64,000 nt of DNA. Source: Rhodospirillaceae bacterium. GTDB taxonomy: Bacteria; Pseudomonadota; Alphaproteobacteria; SHVP01. The stretch's first letter is position 1, and every line of letters starts with the position of its first letter. Both the position numbers and the translations under genes were made by a program. Positions 28,960-39,841 of this stretch are shown one piece after another. Below the pieces are notes generated by a model. The model saw only the letters and a program-made list of their open reading frames with translations, ran no database searches and was not told the DNA's origin. The stretch covers positions 419,230 to 483,229 of the forward strand of contig PBKD01000014.1 of the NCBI GenBank assembly GCA_002722055.1, in the 5' to 3' direction.

Positions 28960-29025
28960 CACATAATAAAAATTTCTTTTAAAGTAGCTGAAAGATTTTT
29001 TGAAACTCAATTTCAGGGACAAGGC

Positions 29026-30702
29026 ATGGAAAATAAATCAGATATTGAAATTGCAAGGGCAGCAAAGAAAGAATCAATCTTAAATATTGCAAAAAAACTA
29101 GGCATTTCAGAGAAAGATATTATCCCTTATGGTTATGATAAAGCAAAGATATCTTCAAATTTTATAAAAAGTTCTAATAATAAGAAATATGGTAAACTAA
29201 TTCTTGTAACTGCCATAAATCCAACGCCAGCCGGGGAAGGGAAAACAACAACTACCGTTGGTTTAGGTGACGGTTTAAATAAAATAGGTAAGAAAGCAAC
29301 AGTTTGTATTAGAGAAGCTTCTTTAGGACCGTGTTTTGGAATGAAGGGTGGAGCAGCAGGCGGCGGATATGCCCAAGTCATACCTATGGAAGACATGAAT
29401 CTACACTTTACTGGTGATTTTCATGCTATTACTTCAGCCCATAACTTACTTTCAGCAATGATTGATAATCATATTTATTGGGGAAATAAACAGAATATCG
29501 ATCCAAGAAGAGTTACTTGGAGAAGGGTCATAGATATGAATGATCGTGCTTTAAGAAATATAGTTACATCGTTAGGTGGCATAACAAATGGGCACCCTAG
29601 AGAATCTAGTTTTGATATAGTAGCAGCCTCAGAAGTAATGGCTATTCTATGTTTATCCACAAATTTTGAAGATTTAAAAGAGAGACTTGGTAAAATAGTC
29701 ATTGGCTATAGATATGATAAGACACCTGTTTTTAGCAAAGATATTAATGCTAATGAAGCGATGTCAGTATTACTTAAAGAAGCTATTTTACCAAACCTTG
29801 TACAAACTTTAGAGAATAACCCAGTATTTGTTCATGGAGGCCCTTTTGCAAATATAGCCCATGGCTGCAACTCAATTACAGCAACACTTATAGCCTTAAA
29901 AACTTCAGATTTTGTAGTTACCGAGGCTGGATTTGGTGCTGACCTTGGCGCAGAGAAATTTCTAAATATTAAGTGTAGAGAAGCAAATCTTCAGCCTGAT
30001 TGTATTGTTATTGTAGCTACTATAAGAGCTTTAAAAATGAATGGAGGAATTAAAAAAGATAATTTATCAAACGAAAACCTTCAAGCAGTTATTAAGGGAT
30101 GTAAAAATCTCACAAGACATATAGAAAATATTAAGTCTTTTGGCATCAAACCTGTAGTAGCAATAAACCATTTTTCAGGTGACTCAGAAAAAGAAATATC
30201 AGGAGTGATTAATTTTGTAAGTAATTTAGATACAGAGGCTATTGTGTGCAAACACTGGGCAAATGGTTCAGAAGGCACAATAAATCTTGCTAATAAAGTG
30301 GTTGAAATATGCAATGAAAGCAATCAAAAGCTCAAGTTACTTTATGAAAATAATGATGAAATAATTGAGAAAATTAGGAAGATTGTTAAAAATATTTATA
30401 GAGCTGATGATATTGTAATTGATGAGAAAATAATTGATCAATTGAATCAATTGGAAAATTCTGGTTTCGGAAATTTACCAATTTGCATGGCAAAAACACA
30501 GTATAGTTTTTCTGCTGATCCAAACCTTTTAGGAGCACCACTAGGTTTTAAAATCCCTATTAAGGAAGTCAGGCTTCTATCAGGAGCAGGATTTATAGTT
30601 GTTATATGTGGTGATATAATGACCATGCCAGGGCTTCCAAGAAAGCCCGCAGCTGAGGATATTTTTATAAACAATAATGATGAAATTGAAGGTTTATTCT
30701 AA
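29026..30702 (+). CDS. fhs: formate--tetrahydrofolate ligase
   Basis: 558 aa with the FTHFS signature [12 protein letters not shown] and the conserved GDFHAIT. Confidence 0.95.
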   Translation: MENKSDIEIARAAKKESILNIAKKLGISEKDIIPYGYDKAKISSNFIKSSNNKKYGKLILVTAINPTPAGEGKTTTTVGLGDGLNKIGKKATVCIREASLGPCFGMKGGAAGGGYAQVIPMEDMNLHFTGDFHAITSAHNLLSAMIDNHIYWGNKQNIDPRRVTWRRVIDMNDRALRNIVTSLGGITNGHPRESSFDIVAASEVMAILCLSTNFEDLKERLGKIVIGYRYDKTPVFSKDINANEAMSVLLKEAILPNLVQTLENNPVFVHGGPFANIAHGCNSITATLIALKTSDFVVTEAGFGADLGAEKFLNIKCREANLQPDCIVIVATIRALKMNGGIKKDNLSNENLQAVIKGCKNLTRHIENIKSFGIKPVVAINHFSGDSEKEISGVINFVSNLDTEAIVCKHWANGSEGTINLANKVVEICNESNQKLKLLYENNDEIIEKIRKIVKNIYRADDIVIDEKIIDQLNQLENSGFGNLPICMAKTQYSFSADPNLLGAPLGFKIPIKEVRLLSGAGFIVVICGDIMTMPGLPRKPAAEDIFINNNDEIEGLF

Positions 30703-31337
30703 ATTTCTAAAATTTCTTTTAATTTCCACTCAAAAATATCTATTCTGTCCTGACCAAAAAATGGCTCCTTTCTTAGCACTAAAGTCGGCACACCCCAATG
30801 TCCTGACTCCTCTAATTTACCCCCATTAATACTCAGCATTTCATCGTACATATCCGAATTTTTATCTACTTCTTTTTCCATTTCTTCGTAGTTTAAACCA
30901 ATACTTTTAAACAAGGAAATTAAGAAGCTTCTATCATTCCAATTCTTATTTTTTCCGTCCCAAATTGCACGAGATAGGGCTTTAACATAATCGAAACCTT
31001 TATTATTTTTCTCGGCTAAAACCGCCATTCTTGAAACCTTATAAGCTAATGGCTGATCATAATCTGGAATTCCATTTGTAAATTTAACTGGATCAGGATC
31101 AGGCCATTTAAATGGTATATTATAGTATTTGGCTATTCTCAAGTTATCTAATTTACCATAATTTTTTCTACTCTTGGGCATGTTTATAAAATAATTTCTA
31201 TGCCTCAATGCTAGAGGTAAAACAAATTTAATATTAATTTTTACATCATATTTTTCTTTTATATCGATTATCCTATCTAAAGCTAAGTAAGAATACGAAC
31301 TTCTCATGGACCAAAATAAGTCAATGTTTTCAGTCAT
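30699..31337 (-). CDS. DsbA-like thioredoxin-fold protein of the 2-hydroxychromene-2-carboxylate isomerase family
   Basis: 212 aa. The N-terminus [15 protein letters not shown] and the overall length match the HCCA isomerase / DsbA-like family. Confidence 0.65.
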   Translation of the reverse strand: MTENIDLFWSMRSSYSYLALDRIIDIKEKYDVKINIKFVLPLALRHRNYFINMPKSRKNYGKLDNLRIAKYYNIPFKWPDPDPVKFTNGIPDYDQPLAYKVSRMAVLAEKNNKGFDYVKALSRAIWDGKNKNWNDRSFLISLFKSIGLNYEEMEKEVDKNSDMYDEMLSINGGKLEESGHWGVPTLVLRKEPFFGQDRIDIFEWKLKEILEI

Positions 31338-31571
31338 TTAGTATAACTCCGTCTATAAAAAATAAAATTGTTATATTTCAATAGGTTACATAAGTTTTTT
31401 AATATTAAAATTTAATTTTTTTTTTGTTTATTCTTCATTTTATTAAATTTTTTATAAATAATTTTTAAATTTTTTTATACTTGAAAAAGATTTATTCAAT
31501 TATTTCAATTACTTAAACAAATTTTATTAATTTTTATTTATAAATATATTCATAATAATATTATAAATATA

Positions 31572-31973
31572 TTAGAAACCTACATTACCTCCTTTATGCT
31601 TTCTTTGTCTTTCTTTAACATTTTCTAGAAGATTATCCAGTAACCCTTCTTCTAAATCAATTGCTATCTGTCTTAACGCTTTAACAGCTTCAACTCTATT
31701 TGGAAGTCTAATTTTTGTTTCTTTTCCATCTAAGGGTATTAATTGGTTTTTATACCTAATTGATAATAAACAAGTACCACTAGACTCTTCACTTATCCAA
31801 TCAGATTTTTTAAGTGTATAAGTTGCAGACTCTATTAAAGATAATTGTTTTCTGGCATTTCTGGCAACAATTTTAGATTTTTCTCTAATAGTAGTTCTTC
31901 CTTTTATTTTACCTAACTCAGCTTCAATTCCTTTATTTTTTAAGTGAGTTACTATACTAAATTTTTCGCCCAT
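31572..31973 (-). CDS. hypothetical basic protein, no family recognised
   Basis: 133-aa ORF with good coding look (Lys/Arg-rich; ends KHKGGNVGF), isolated between two long, extremely AT-rich spacers. Confidence 0.35.
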   Translation of the reverse strand: MGEKFSIVTHLKNKGIEAELGKIKGRTTIREKSKIVARNARKQLSLIESATYTLKKSDWISEESSGTCLLSIRYKNQLIPLDGKETKIRLPNRVEAVKALRQIAIDLEEGLLDNLLENVKERQRKHKGGNVGF

Positions 31974-32216
31974 TTTATTTCTCTTTTTAATAAAATATTA
32001 TCAATTTATAATATTTTCATTATCTATACTTTGTTCAGATATTAGCGCAAATATTAACAATTTTTTATTATACATATTTAAATGATATTTTAAAATAATA
32101 TTTTATTAATTTTTAACTATTTCTAGAAATTTAATTTTTTTTTGATTCTTATCCACTGTTCATCTAATGTTGCCTAAAATATATATTTTAAAATAATAGC
32201 CACAGGGAGGTTAACT

Positions 32217-33425
32217 ATGGCATTTAAAAGTATAAAGCTAATATCATTATTAGCCATCATTGCTACCGCATTAAGCTCTAATGCTTTTGCTGATAGTGTT
32301 AAAATTGGGTCCTTATCGGCAGTAACCGGTCCTATAGCTAAATTAGTACCACCGATTATTAACGGATCAAAATTAGCAATCAAACAAATAAACGGCCAAG
32401 GCGGAGTACTAGGTGGAAAACAACTTGAATTGATTGTTGGAGATACGGGTTGTAATGCACAAGCATCAGTTGATGCTGCAACAAAACTAGTAAATGTTGA
32501 ACAGGTAGTTGCAATAGTTGGAGCTTTATGCTCCGGAGCAACAATTGGGGCTGCAAATAATGTAGCAATTCCATCAAACGTTGTTATGGTTTCCCCAGCG
32601 TCAACTTCACCAGAAATAACTGGCTTAAATGATAATGATTTAATCTTCAGAGTGGCTCCTACTGATGCTTATCAAGGAAAAGTCTTAGCAAAATATGTTA
32701 AAGATAAAGGTATTAATTCTGTTGCTGTAACATATGTTAACAACGATTATGGTGTGGGACTTGCTGAAACTTTCACAAAAGCATACAAATCTCTTGGGGG
32801 AAAAGTCACAGGACAGCAAAAACATGAGGATAAAAAGGCCTCATACAGGGCTGAGTTAGCAACACTTGCTAAAGGCAAACCAGACGCTCTGGTTGTATTA
32901 GCTTATGCTGGTGGAAGTGGTTTAACAATAATCAGACAGAGCCTAGAAAATGGTTTTTTCTCAAAATTTGTAGGTGCAGATGGAATGCGTGATAAAGTTT
33001 TATTTAAATTAGGAGCAAACGCATTAAAAGACAAGCTTCTAATTATAAGCCCTACATCACCAAAAAATAAAGCAAGATCTGCGTTTGAAAAGGCCGCAAA
33101 AGCCGATGGGAATGATCCAAATGGCCCTTTTGTGGCTCAAGGATATGATGCAGCTATGATGATAGCTCTTGCTATTCAGAAGGCTGGCTCAACAGATAGG
33201 AAGAAAATCTCTGCGGCTCTTAGGGATATTGCAAGTGCTCCAGGCGTAGAAGTTGGCCCAGGTGATTGGAAAAAAGCAGTTGATGCTATCGCTTCAGGTA
33301 AAAGTATAAATTATACAGGAGCTTCTGGCCCTCATGACTTTGATAAAGCTGGAGACGTCGGTGGAGTTTATGCAGACTTTATCATTAAAGGTGATGATTT
33401 TGTAGAGAATAGCATATTAAATTAA
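32217..33425 (+). CDS. ABC transporter periplasmic substrate-binding protein, branched-chain amino acid (LivJ/LivK) family
   Basis: 402 aa with a signal peptide (LISLLAIIATALSSNAFA) and Peripla_BP_6-type motifs (VKIGSLSAVTGP…, VVAIVGALCS); strong RBS GGGAGG. Confidence 0.8.
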   Translation: MAFKSIKLISLLAIIATALSSNAFADSVKIGSLSAVTGPIAKLVPPIINGSKLAIKQINGQGGVLGGKQLELIVGDTGCNAQASVDAATKLVNVEQVVAIVGALCSGATIGAANNVAIPSNVVMVSPASTSPEITGLNDNDLIFRVAPTDAYQGKVLAKYVKDKGINSVAVTYVNNDYGVGLAETFTKAYKSLGGKVTGQQKHEDKKASYRAELATLAKGKPDALVVLAYAGGSGLTIIRQSLENGFFSKFVGADGMRDKVLFKLGANALKDKLLIISPTSPKNKARSAFEKAAKADGNDPNGPFVAQGYDAAMMIALAIQKAGSTDRKKISAALRDIASAPGVEVGPGDWKKAVDAIASGKSINYTGASGPHDFDKAGDVGGVYADFIIKGDDFVENSILN

Positions 33426-33444
33426 TTTAATTTTTTTAAATAAA

Positions 33445-33478
33445 TAAAAAGCCTCCTATTATATAGGAGGCTTTTTTT
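33445..33478. terminator. bidirectional Rho-independent terminator
   Basis: Perfect 9-bp GC-containing inverted repeat GCCTCCTAT-tat-ATAGGAGGC, flanked by an A-run on the left and a T-run on the right, lying between convergent genes. Confidence 0.8.
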
Positions 33479-33482
33479 CATT

Positions 33483-34424
33483 CTAATCTCTTTTTGGTGG
33501 CTTCTCTTGAAAAATACCTAAGGGAAATTTTTGCAGAATAACTTGTAATACTAGTCCTACAAGAAATATTCTTAAAAATGTTGCCTTTACTGCCCAATCT
33601 GGAGGCAATTGAGCTGTAAATATCTCCATACCTGACCATATTGTCCAAACTAAAAATGCTCCAATAATAGCACCTAAATTATTACCGCTACCTCCTATAA
33701 TTAGCATGACCCAAATTAAGAATGTTGCCATAACAGGTTCTGTTGCCTCTGGGCCTATAAATTTAAAATAATGCGCTGTTAATGCACCCCCAAGCCCCAT
33801 TAATGAACAACCAAACATAAATGCTTGAATTCTAAATTTCTCTACATTTTTTCCAATAGCTTCAGCTGCTTTGTCATTATCCCTTATAGCTCTCATTACT
33901 CTTCCCCAAGGAGAATTGTGTGCTTTTTGAGAAATTATATAAACCAAAAATAAAATAATTAACACAATAGTTAAAAATAATAACTGTGACCAAGGCTGGG
34001 CTAAATCCTCGAAAGGTCGAGGAATATTTGATATACCTCTCGGTCCATTCGTGGCCCATAGTTCATTTTTTAATATTAAACGAAAAATTTCTGCAACCCC
34101 AATAGTTGCTATAGCGAGGTAGTCAGAACGTAACCTAATGCAAAGTTTACCCACAAAGTATCCAATTACTGCAGATGATATCATTGCAAAAATAAACCCA
34201 AAGGCCACTGGCAAATCATAACCACCCAAGTGTTGTTCAGAAATAGGAGAAGTAATTAATGCGCTTGTATAAGCACCAATTGCAAAAAACCCGGCAATTC
34301 CAACATTGAATAAACCTGTAAAACCCCATTGGATATTTAACCCAACAGTAAGAATAGAGTATATTCCTCCCATGGTAAGTAATGCTATTAGATATAACAA
34401 ATACCCTAGCCATACCTCTGACAT
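33483..34424 (-). CDS. branched-chain amino acid ABC transporter permease (LivM-like)
   Basis: 313 aa, polytopic membrane protein with typical LivM motifs (NLGAIIGAFLV, GGSGN). Confidence 0.8.
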   Translation of the reverse strand: MSEVWLGYLLYLIALLTMGGIYSILTVGLNIQWGFTGLFNVGIAGFFAIGAYTSALITSPISEQHLGGYDLPVAFGFIFAMISSAVIGYFVGKLCIRLRSDYLAIATIGVAEIFRLILKNELWATNGPRGISNIPRPFEDLAQPWSQLLFLTIVLIILFLVYIISQKAHNSPWGRVMRAIRDNDKAAEAIGKNVEKFRIQAFMFGCSLMGLGGALTAHYFKFIGPEATEPVMATFLIWVMLIIGGSGNNLGAIIGAFLVWTIWSGMEIFTAQLPPDWAVKATFLRIFLVGLVLQVILQKFPLGIFQEKPPKRD

Positions 34425-35318
34425 TTAAAAGACTTTCCCTTTTAAAATACCACTAGGTCTCCAGATGAGTAATAAAACCATAATTGCAAATGCAACACCT
34501 GTCTTATAGCCTGGTGAAAGTAAAGGCAATCCATCACCAAGCCATGTATAACTTGATAACTCTTCAGCCATACCAATTATTAATCCCCCAATAATAGCAC
34601 CATAAGGACTTCCTATGCCTCCAAGGATTGCTGCAGCAAAGATAGGAAGTAGTAAATCCCAACCCATATTAGATTGAAGTTGAGTATCAATCCCAAGAAA
34701 AACACCAGCTGAGGCAGCCAAACTTCCCCCAATTACCCATGTCCAGATAATTACTTTCTCAGTGTTTATCCCAGTAATTTGAGCAAGTGAAGCATTATCA
34801 CTTACAGCTCGCATTGCTTTTCCCATTGTGGTTTTTGCAAGAAAATAATGCATAATAAGGATAATTAAGAAAGTAAATAAAACTATATAAATATGCTTTT
34901 CTGCGATGATTAATGTATCAAATATTTTTAATGGGACGCTGAAAGTACCTTCATTATAAGACTCTATTTCAACCCCCCAAATCAATTGAACTGTTGCTCT
35001 TAACATAAGAGCAATTCCAAATGATGATATTAGAAGTATCACTGTCGGACTAAACCGCAATGGCTTGTAGAAAAACCTGTCAATAAGAATACATATCACT
35101 ACTGAAAACAAAATAGCCATAGGTAATGATAATAACCCAGTAAGGCCAAAAGTAGATGTGAAAAAAAATGCAATATAAGCGCCTAGAGTTATGAGATCTC
35201 CATGGGCAAAATGAGCAAACCTTAATATCCCAAACAAGAGAGAAACACCAACCGCTCCGAGGGCATATATACAACCTAAAACTAAACCAGGTATGAAATA
35301 GTAGTTAATAAATTCCAT
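34425..35318 (-). CDS. branched-chain amino acid ABC transporter permease (LivH-like)
   Basis: 297 aa, polytopic; abuts the LivM-like gene with no spacer. Confidence 0.8.
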   Translation of the reverse strand: MEFINYYFIPGLVLGCIYALGAVGVSLLFGILRFAHFAHGDLITLGAYIAFFFTSTFGLTGLLSLPMAILFSVVICILIDRFFYKPLRFSPTVILLISSFGIALMLRATVQLIWGVEIESYNEGTFSVPLKIFDTLIIAEKHIYIVLFTFLIILIMHYFLAKTTMGKAMRAVSDNASLAQITGINTEKVIIWTWVIGGSLAASAGVFLGIDTQLQSNMGWDLLLPIFAAAILGGIGSPYGAIIGGLIIGMAEELSSYTWLGDGLPLLSPGYKTGVAFAIMVLLLIWRPSGILKGKVF

Positions 35319-35423
35319 TCTATTCTATTCTACTTAATAAAATCATTTTATATTAAATAAAGTATATTATAATTAAAGTAATAAATAAAAATTTAATTTC
35401 AGAAATCAATTATTTTTTAAAAA

Positions 35424-36284
35424 ATGAAACAAGAATATATAGGAAAAATTAAAGTCAATAAAATTGAAGAATACGTAGATAGGCTAGACCCTAATTTTGT
35501 CTTTAAAAACTTCAATAATGATATTATTGAAAAAAATAAATCATGGCTAATTCCAAACTTTATAGAAAAAGATACATTCCTTTTATACTTTAGCTTTCAT
35601 TCATATTTAATCGAAACACCAAAACACAGGATCCTCATAGATACTTGTGTAGGAAATAATAAATCAAGACCGCTGCCTAATTGGAATATGAGAAACTCAG
35701 ATTTTCTTAAAAGATTTAAACAATTTAATATAGATAGAAATATGATAGATTTTGTAATGTGTACACATTTACATGCAGACCATGTTGGTTGGAACACATT
35801 ATTAGATAATGGTAAATGGGTTCCAACATTTCCTAATGCAAAGTATATATTTTCAAAAAAAGATTATGATTTCTTCAATAATGCTAAAGAGGGAGAACAA
35901 GGTTATTTGAGTATGATCGATAGCGTACGGCCTATAGTCGAAAACTTTCAAGCCCAATTAGTTGATGATAATTTTGCTATTGATGATACTATTCATTTGG
36001 ATCCTACGCCAGGACATACACCAGGGCATATTTGCATACAACTTAACTCTGATCGTGAACGTGCGGTATTTACAGGAGATTTAATACATCACCCCATTCA
36101 AATAAATAAACCTGAATTGGAGACAAATTTTTGCTTCGATCCTAAATTGGCCGTTAAAACTAGGAAAAAATTCATTGAAAGTTACGTAGATCAAAATATT
36201 ACTATATTTCCTGCCCATTTTTCTGGCCATACAAAAGGGATAATTAAATCTAGTAATATAGGAAATATATTTAGCACAATTTAA
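35424..36284 (+). CDS. MBL-fold metallo-hydrolase
   Basis: 286 aa with the HLHADHVGWN (HxHxDH) motif and downstream conserved His/Asp ligands (TPGHTPGH, TGDLIHH). Confidence 0.75.
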   Translation: MKQEYIGKIKVNKIEEYVDRLDPNFVFKNFNNDIIEKNKSWLIPNFIEKDTFLLYFSFHSYLIETPKHRILIDTCVGNNKSRPLPNWNMRNSDFLKRFKQFNIDRNMIDFVMCTHLHADHVGWNTLLDNGKWVPTFPNAKYIFSKKDYDFFNNAKEGEQGYLSMIDSVRPIVENFQAQLVDDNFAIDDTIHLDPTPGHTPGHICIQLNSDRERAVFTGDLIHHPIQINKPELETNFCFDPKLAVKTRKKFIESYVDQNITIFPAHFSGHTKGIIKSSNIGNIFSTI

Positions 36285-36303
36285 AGCTAAGGGTATAAAA
36301 TAG

Positions 36304-36885
36304 ATGAAAAAAGTTAATGATTTGTATGAAAAGAGAGTTAAAACTCTAAAAAATATTATCAATAAAAAATTTAAACCCTCTATAAAAATAAATTACAAAA
36401 AATCATCAGACGAGGTTGTTAATCAGATAAAAAAAAATATGTTGGAAAATAATATTTTAGAAGAAAATGAGATTTATAAAAAAATACTTACAATAAAAAG
36501 AGACTTACATTATTTATTTGAAATAAATAATAGCAACGGATATTTTTTTAAATATGATAAAAAAAGATATTCCGAAATAGAGAGATTAGAAGGTCATCCA
36601 GTTTCTGGAGGAATATTTATAAATATCTTGTTTAAATCAGATGAGATATTAGTGACAGAAATCACAAGAAAAAAAGATTCAAAAGAACCTTTATATAATA
36701 ACCATGATCATAAAACTATTTCGATTTTAAAGAAGGGCAAATTACGTTTACTAATTGATGACGATACTTTTATAGCTGAGAAAGGGGATCTTTGGATCTA
36801 TAAACCAAATAATCACCATTCTATAGAAGCTTTAGAAAACAGTGTTGAATTATCAATAAAATTTCCACCAGTTAAAACTTGGTAG
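36304..36885 (+). CDS. hypothetical protein, possibly cupin-like at the C-terminus
   Basis: 193 aa. The N-terminal half is Lys-rich; the C-terminal half (GKLRLLIDDDTFIAEKGDLWIYKPNNHHSIEALENSVEL) resembles a cupin beta-barrel. Confidence 0.3.
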   Translation: MKKVNDLYEKRVKTLKNIINKKFKPSIKINYKKSSDEVVNQIKKNMLENNILEENEIYKKILTIKRDLHYLFEINNSNGYFFKYDKKRYSEIERLEGHPVSGGIFINILFKSDEILVTEITRKKDSKEPLYNNHDHKTISILKKGKLRLLIDDDTFIAEKGDLWIYKPNNHHSIEALENSVELSIKFPPVKTW

Positions 36886-36886
36886 A

Positions 36887-37855
36887 CTATCCGGTGTATA
36901 TTTTTGTATATTTTTCTATCCCTTTTTCTAAGGTATAGAAATCTTCATTGTACCCTATTTGGTATAACTTATCCATATTTGCTTGTGTAAAATATTGATA
37001 CTGTTCTCTTACATTTTCTGGAGTATCAATCCAGTTTATTTTTAAATCCACATCCATAAACTGACAAGTAGCAGTGGCTAAATCTAGAAAATTTCTCGCT
37101 TTGCCTGAACCTACGTTGTATATTCCAGTGAACTCATTTCGGTTAAGAAACCAATTAATAACACTTACGCAATCCTCTACATAAATAAAATCCCTCATCT
37201 GCTCACCATCTTTATATTCATTATTATGTGATCTAAACAATGTTATTGGCTGCCCAGATTTTATTTGTTTAATCATTTGATATGCAACACTAGACTGAGC
37301 ACCTTTATGATCCTCGTTTGGCCCATAAACATTAAAAAACTTTAAACCTGCCCAACATTTTGGGGATAGTTTTTCTTCTAATGAACTCCTTGTTACTTTG
37401 ATATCATATAAATGCTTACTCCATCCATAAGGGTTTAAGGGATAAAGCTTACTTAAATTGCTAAGCTTAAGATTGTCATCAAAGCCTAAATTACCATCTC
37501 CGTAAGTAGCAGCTGATGAAGCATAAATAAATTTTATGTTAAAACGCGAACAAAAATTCCATAATTCTAGCGAAAAATAATAATTATTTTTTAGAATTAA
37601 TTCTATATTTCTCTCAGTTGTATCAGTAATGGCACCTAAATGAATTATAGCTTTAAGATAATTTTTATTTTTTAACAAGAATTCTAATAATTTTTCTGAC
37701 TCAATAATTTTAATTTTTGAAAAAATATGATGTTTTGGCGTTACACGATTATCACAAATAATTATCTCATCCTGGTTATTTTCTAAAAGAGATAAAATTA
37801 AATTAGTACCAATAAATCCCAAACCTCCTGTTACTACAATCAATTTATTTCCCAC
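36887..37855 (-). CDS. hldD: ADP-L-glycero-D-manno-heptose 6-epimerase
   Basis: 322 aa with the Rossmann motif VTGGLGFIGTNL, FIYASSAATYG and the catalytic YGWSK. Confidence 0.8.
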   Translation of the reverse strand: MGNKLIVVTGGLGFIGTNLILSLLENNQDEIIICDNRVTPKHHIFSKIKIIESEKLLEFLLKNKNYLKAIIHLGAITDTTERNIELILKNNYYFSLELWNFCSRFNIKFIYASSAATYGDGNLGFDDNLKLSNLSKLYPLNPYGWSKHLYDIKVTRSSLEEKLSPKCWAGLKFFNVYGPNEDHKGAQSSVAYQMIKQIKSGQPITLFRSHNNEYKDGEQMRDFIYVEDCVSVINWFLNRNEFTGIYNVGSGKARNFLDLATATCQFMDVDLKINWIDTPENVREQYQYFTQANMDKLYQIGYNEDFYTLEKGIEKYTKIYTG

Positions 37856-39299
37856 TTTGAATTTTTTTAATAATTTTTGATGAACTTTTTCCTTTTATAT
37901 ACGGGGTTAAGATAACTTTTCCTCCATAACTCTCGATAAAGTTCCTACCAATTATTTCATTTAGACTATAATCCGATCCTTTAAAAATAAAATCAGGGGA
38001 AATCTTTTTTATAATCTTTAATGGATTACTTTCATCAAAAATAATGACCAGATCTACTATCTCTAGTAATGCTATAATTTTTGATCTAAAATTTTCATTG
38101 TTTATCGGACGCCCCGAACCTTTTAGAGCCTTTACTGATTTATCACTATTAAGAGCAACAATTAATTTTTCACAATTATCCTTGCAAAAACTAAGTGAGG
38201 CTATATGCCCCTCATGAAGGATATCAAAAACACCATTAGTAAAACCTAAAGATAAATTATTTTTTTTCCAATCAGAAATAATTTCTAATGCATTCTCTAT
38301 GTTATTAATTTTACTTATATAACGGCTTGTAACATTTAGTAAATCACTTTTTCTCAACACAGATGTCCCAAATTTTGCAATAACTATACCTGCTGCACAA
38401 TTTGAGACTGTAGATGCAGACTCTATATCGCCGCCAGTTCCTAAAATTATTGCTAAGGTAGCTACTACTGTATCACCAGCTCCTGAAACATCATAAACTT
38501 CTTTTGCTTCAGATTTAAGATTCATAACTCTTCCTGAAGGCTTAAATAATGACATACCTTCATCACTCCTAGTCACCAAAATATAATTTATCTTATTTTC
38601 ACTTTGAATTTTTTTTGCAGCTTTATTAATGGCTTTATCGTTATGACAATCTATATTTGAAGCTAGGGATAATTCTAATTTATTTGGAGTAATAATGTCA
38701 CAACCATAATATTTACTGTAATCATTGCCATTTGGATCAACAATCACAGATATATTTTTCTTTTTAGCATTTTTAATAATTTCTTTAGTTAGGGACTTAG
38801 TCAAAAAACCCTTACCATAATCTGATAAAATAATAATATCAAATTTACCAATAAGATTTTTAATCGAATTTTTAATTTTTTCTTCTAATTTTTTATCAAT
38901 TTCTCTTTTATCCTCCCTGTCTACCCTTAATAAATGTTGGCTACCAGAAACATACCTTTCTTTGCTTGTAGATATTCTTGTTTTATCTAGATAAAGTTTA
39001 CTTTTTGTATTTGGAAGTGAATTTACTAAATTTTTTATTACTAAACCCTCTGGATCATCTCCAATACAAGATATTACCTCTGAATAAGCGCCTAGTGATG
39101 AAATATTTGCAACAACATTTCCTACCCCTCCGAGTATATCCTTATTTTTTTGAACATTTATTATTGGTATAGGAGCCTCAGGAGAAACTCTGTCAACCTC
39201 ACCTGATATAAACCTATCCAAGATTATATCACCAATACAAAGGATTTTTACCTTATCAAAATTGCTATTTTTTATTATATATTTGTCAAACAAAACCAT
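37845..39299 (-). CDS. hldE: bifunctional D-beta-D-heptose 7-phosphate kinase / heptose 1-phosphate adenylyltransferase
   Basis: 484 aa with an N-terminal PfkB-type kinase (DVSGAGDTVVATLA) and a C-terminal cytidylyltransferase-like domain (GFTNGVFDILHEGHI). Confidence 0.85.
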   Translation of the reverse strand: MVLFDKYIIKNSNFDKVKILCIGDIILDRFISGEVDRVSPEAPIPIINVQKNKDILGGVGNVVANISSLGAYSEVISCIGDDPEGLVIKNLVNSLPNTKSKLYLDKTRISTSKERYVSGSQHLLRVDREDKREIDKKLEEKIKNSIKNLIGKFDIIILSDYGKGFLTKSLTKEIIKNAKKKNISVIVDPNGNDYSKYYGCDIITPNKLELSLASNIDCHNDKAINKAAKKIQSENKINYILVTRSDEGMSLFKPSGRVMNLKSEAKEVYDVSGAGDTVVATLAIILGTGGDIESASTVSNCAAGIVIAKFGTSVLRKSDLLNVTSRYISKINNIENALEIISDWKKNNLSLGFTNGVFDILHEGHIASLSFCKDNCEKLIVALNSDKSVKALKGSGRPINNENFRSKIIALLEIVDLVIIFDESNPLKIIKKISPDFIFKGSDYSLNEIIGRNFIESYGGKVILTPYIKGKSSSKIIKKIQSGK

Positions 39300-39398
39300 T
39301 AAAATGCCTTACTTAAGGTATATTTGCTATTCAGAAAAAATAACTTATTATACTAGTTTAAATAATATTAATATAAAAAAATACAATAAATTTAGACA

Positions 39399-39830
39399 AT
39401 GAAAAAAAATTTTTGGAAAAAAAAGAAACTTGATGAATTAACCAAAGATGAGTGGGAGGCTCTATGTGATGGTTGTGGAAAATGTTGCTTAATTAAACTT
39501 GAGGATGAAGATACAGGAAAAATAGAATTTACAAATGTTGCCTGTAAACTTTTGTCATTAAAAAATAACAAGTGTTTAAAATATGAACAACGTCATAAAA
39601 TTGTACATGATTGTGTTAAATTAAGTTATCAAAATATAGATAAAATTAAATGGATGCCAAAAACTTGTGCATATAAACTTGTTTCTAAAGGAGAAAACCT
39701 ACCTGAATGGCACCATTTAGTTTCAGGAAATATTAAATCTGTTCATCATTCAGGAAAATCTGTAAGAGGAAAAGTGATTAGAGAAAATGATTCTATTGAG
39801 CTTGAGAAATATATAGTTAACTGGATTTAA
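39399..39830 (+). CDS. YcgN-family protein (UPF0260; CxxCxxCC putative metal-chelating domain)
   Basis: 143 aa with WEALCDGCGKCC…FTNVACKLL…MPKTCAYKL, near-collinear with enterobacterial YcgN. Confidence 0.75.
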   Translation: MKKNFWKKKKLDELTKDEWEALCDGCGKCCLIKLEDEDTGKIEFTNVACKLLSLKNNKCLKYEQRHKIVHDCVKLSYQNIDKIKWMPKTCAYKLVSKGENLPEWHHLVSGNIKSVHHSGKSVRGKVIRENDSIELEKYIVNWI

Positions 39831-39841
39831 AAATTTTTTAT

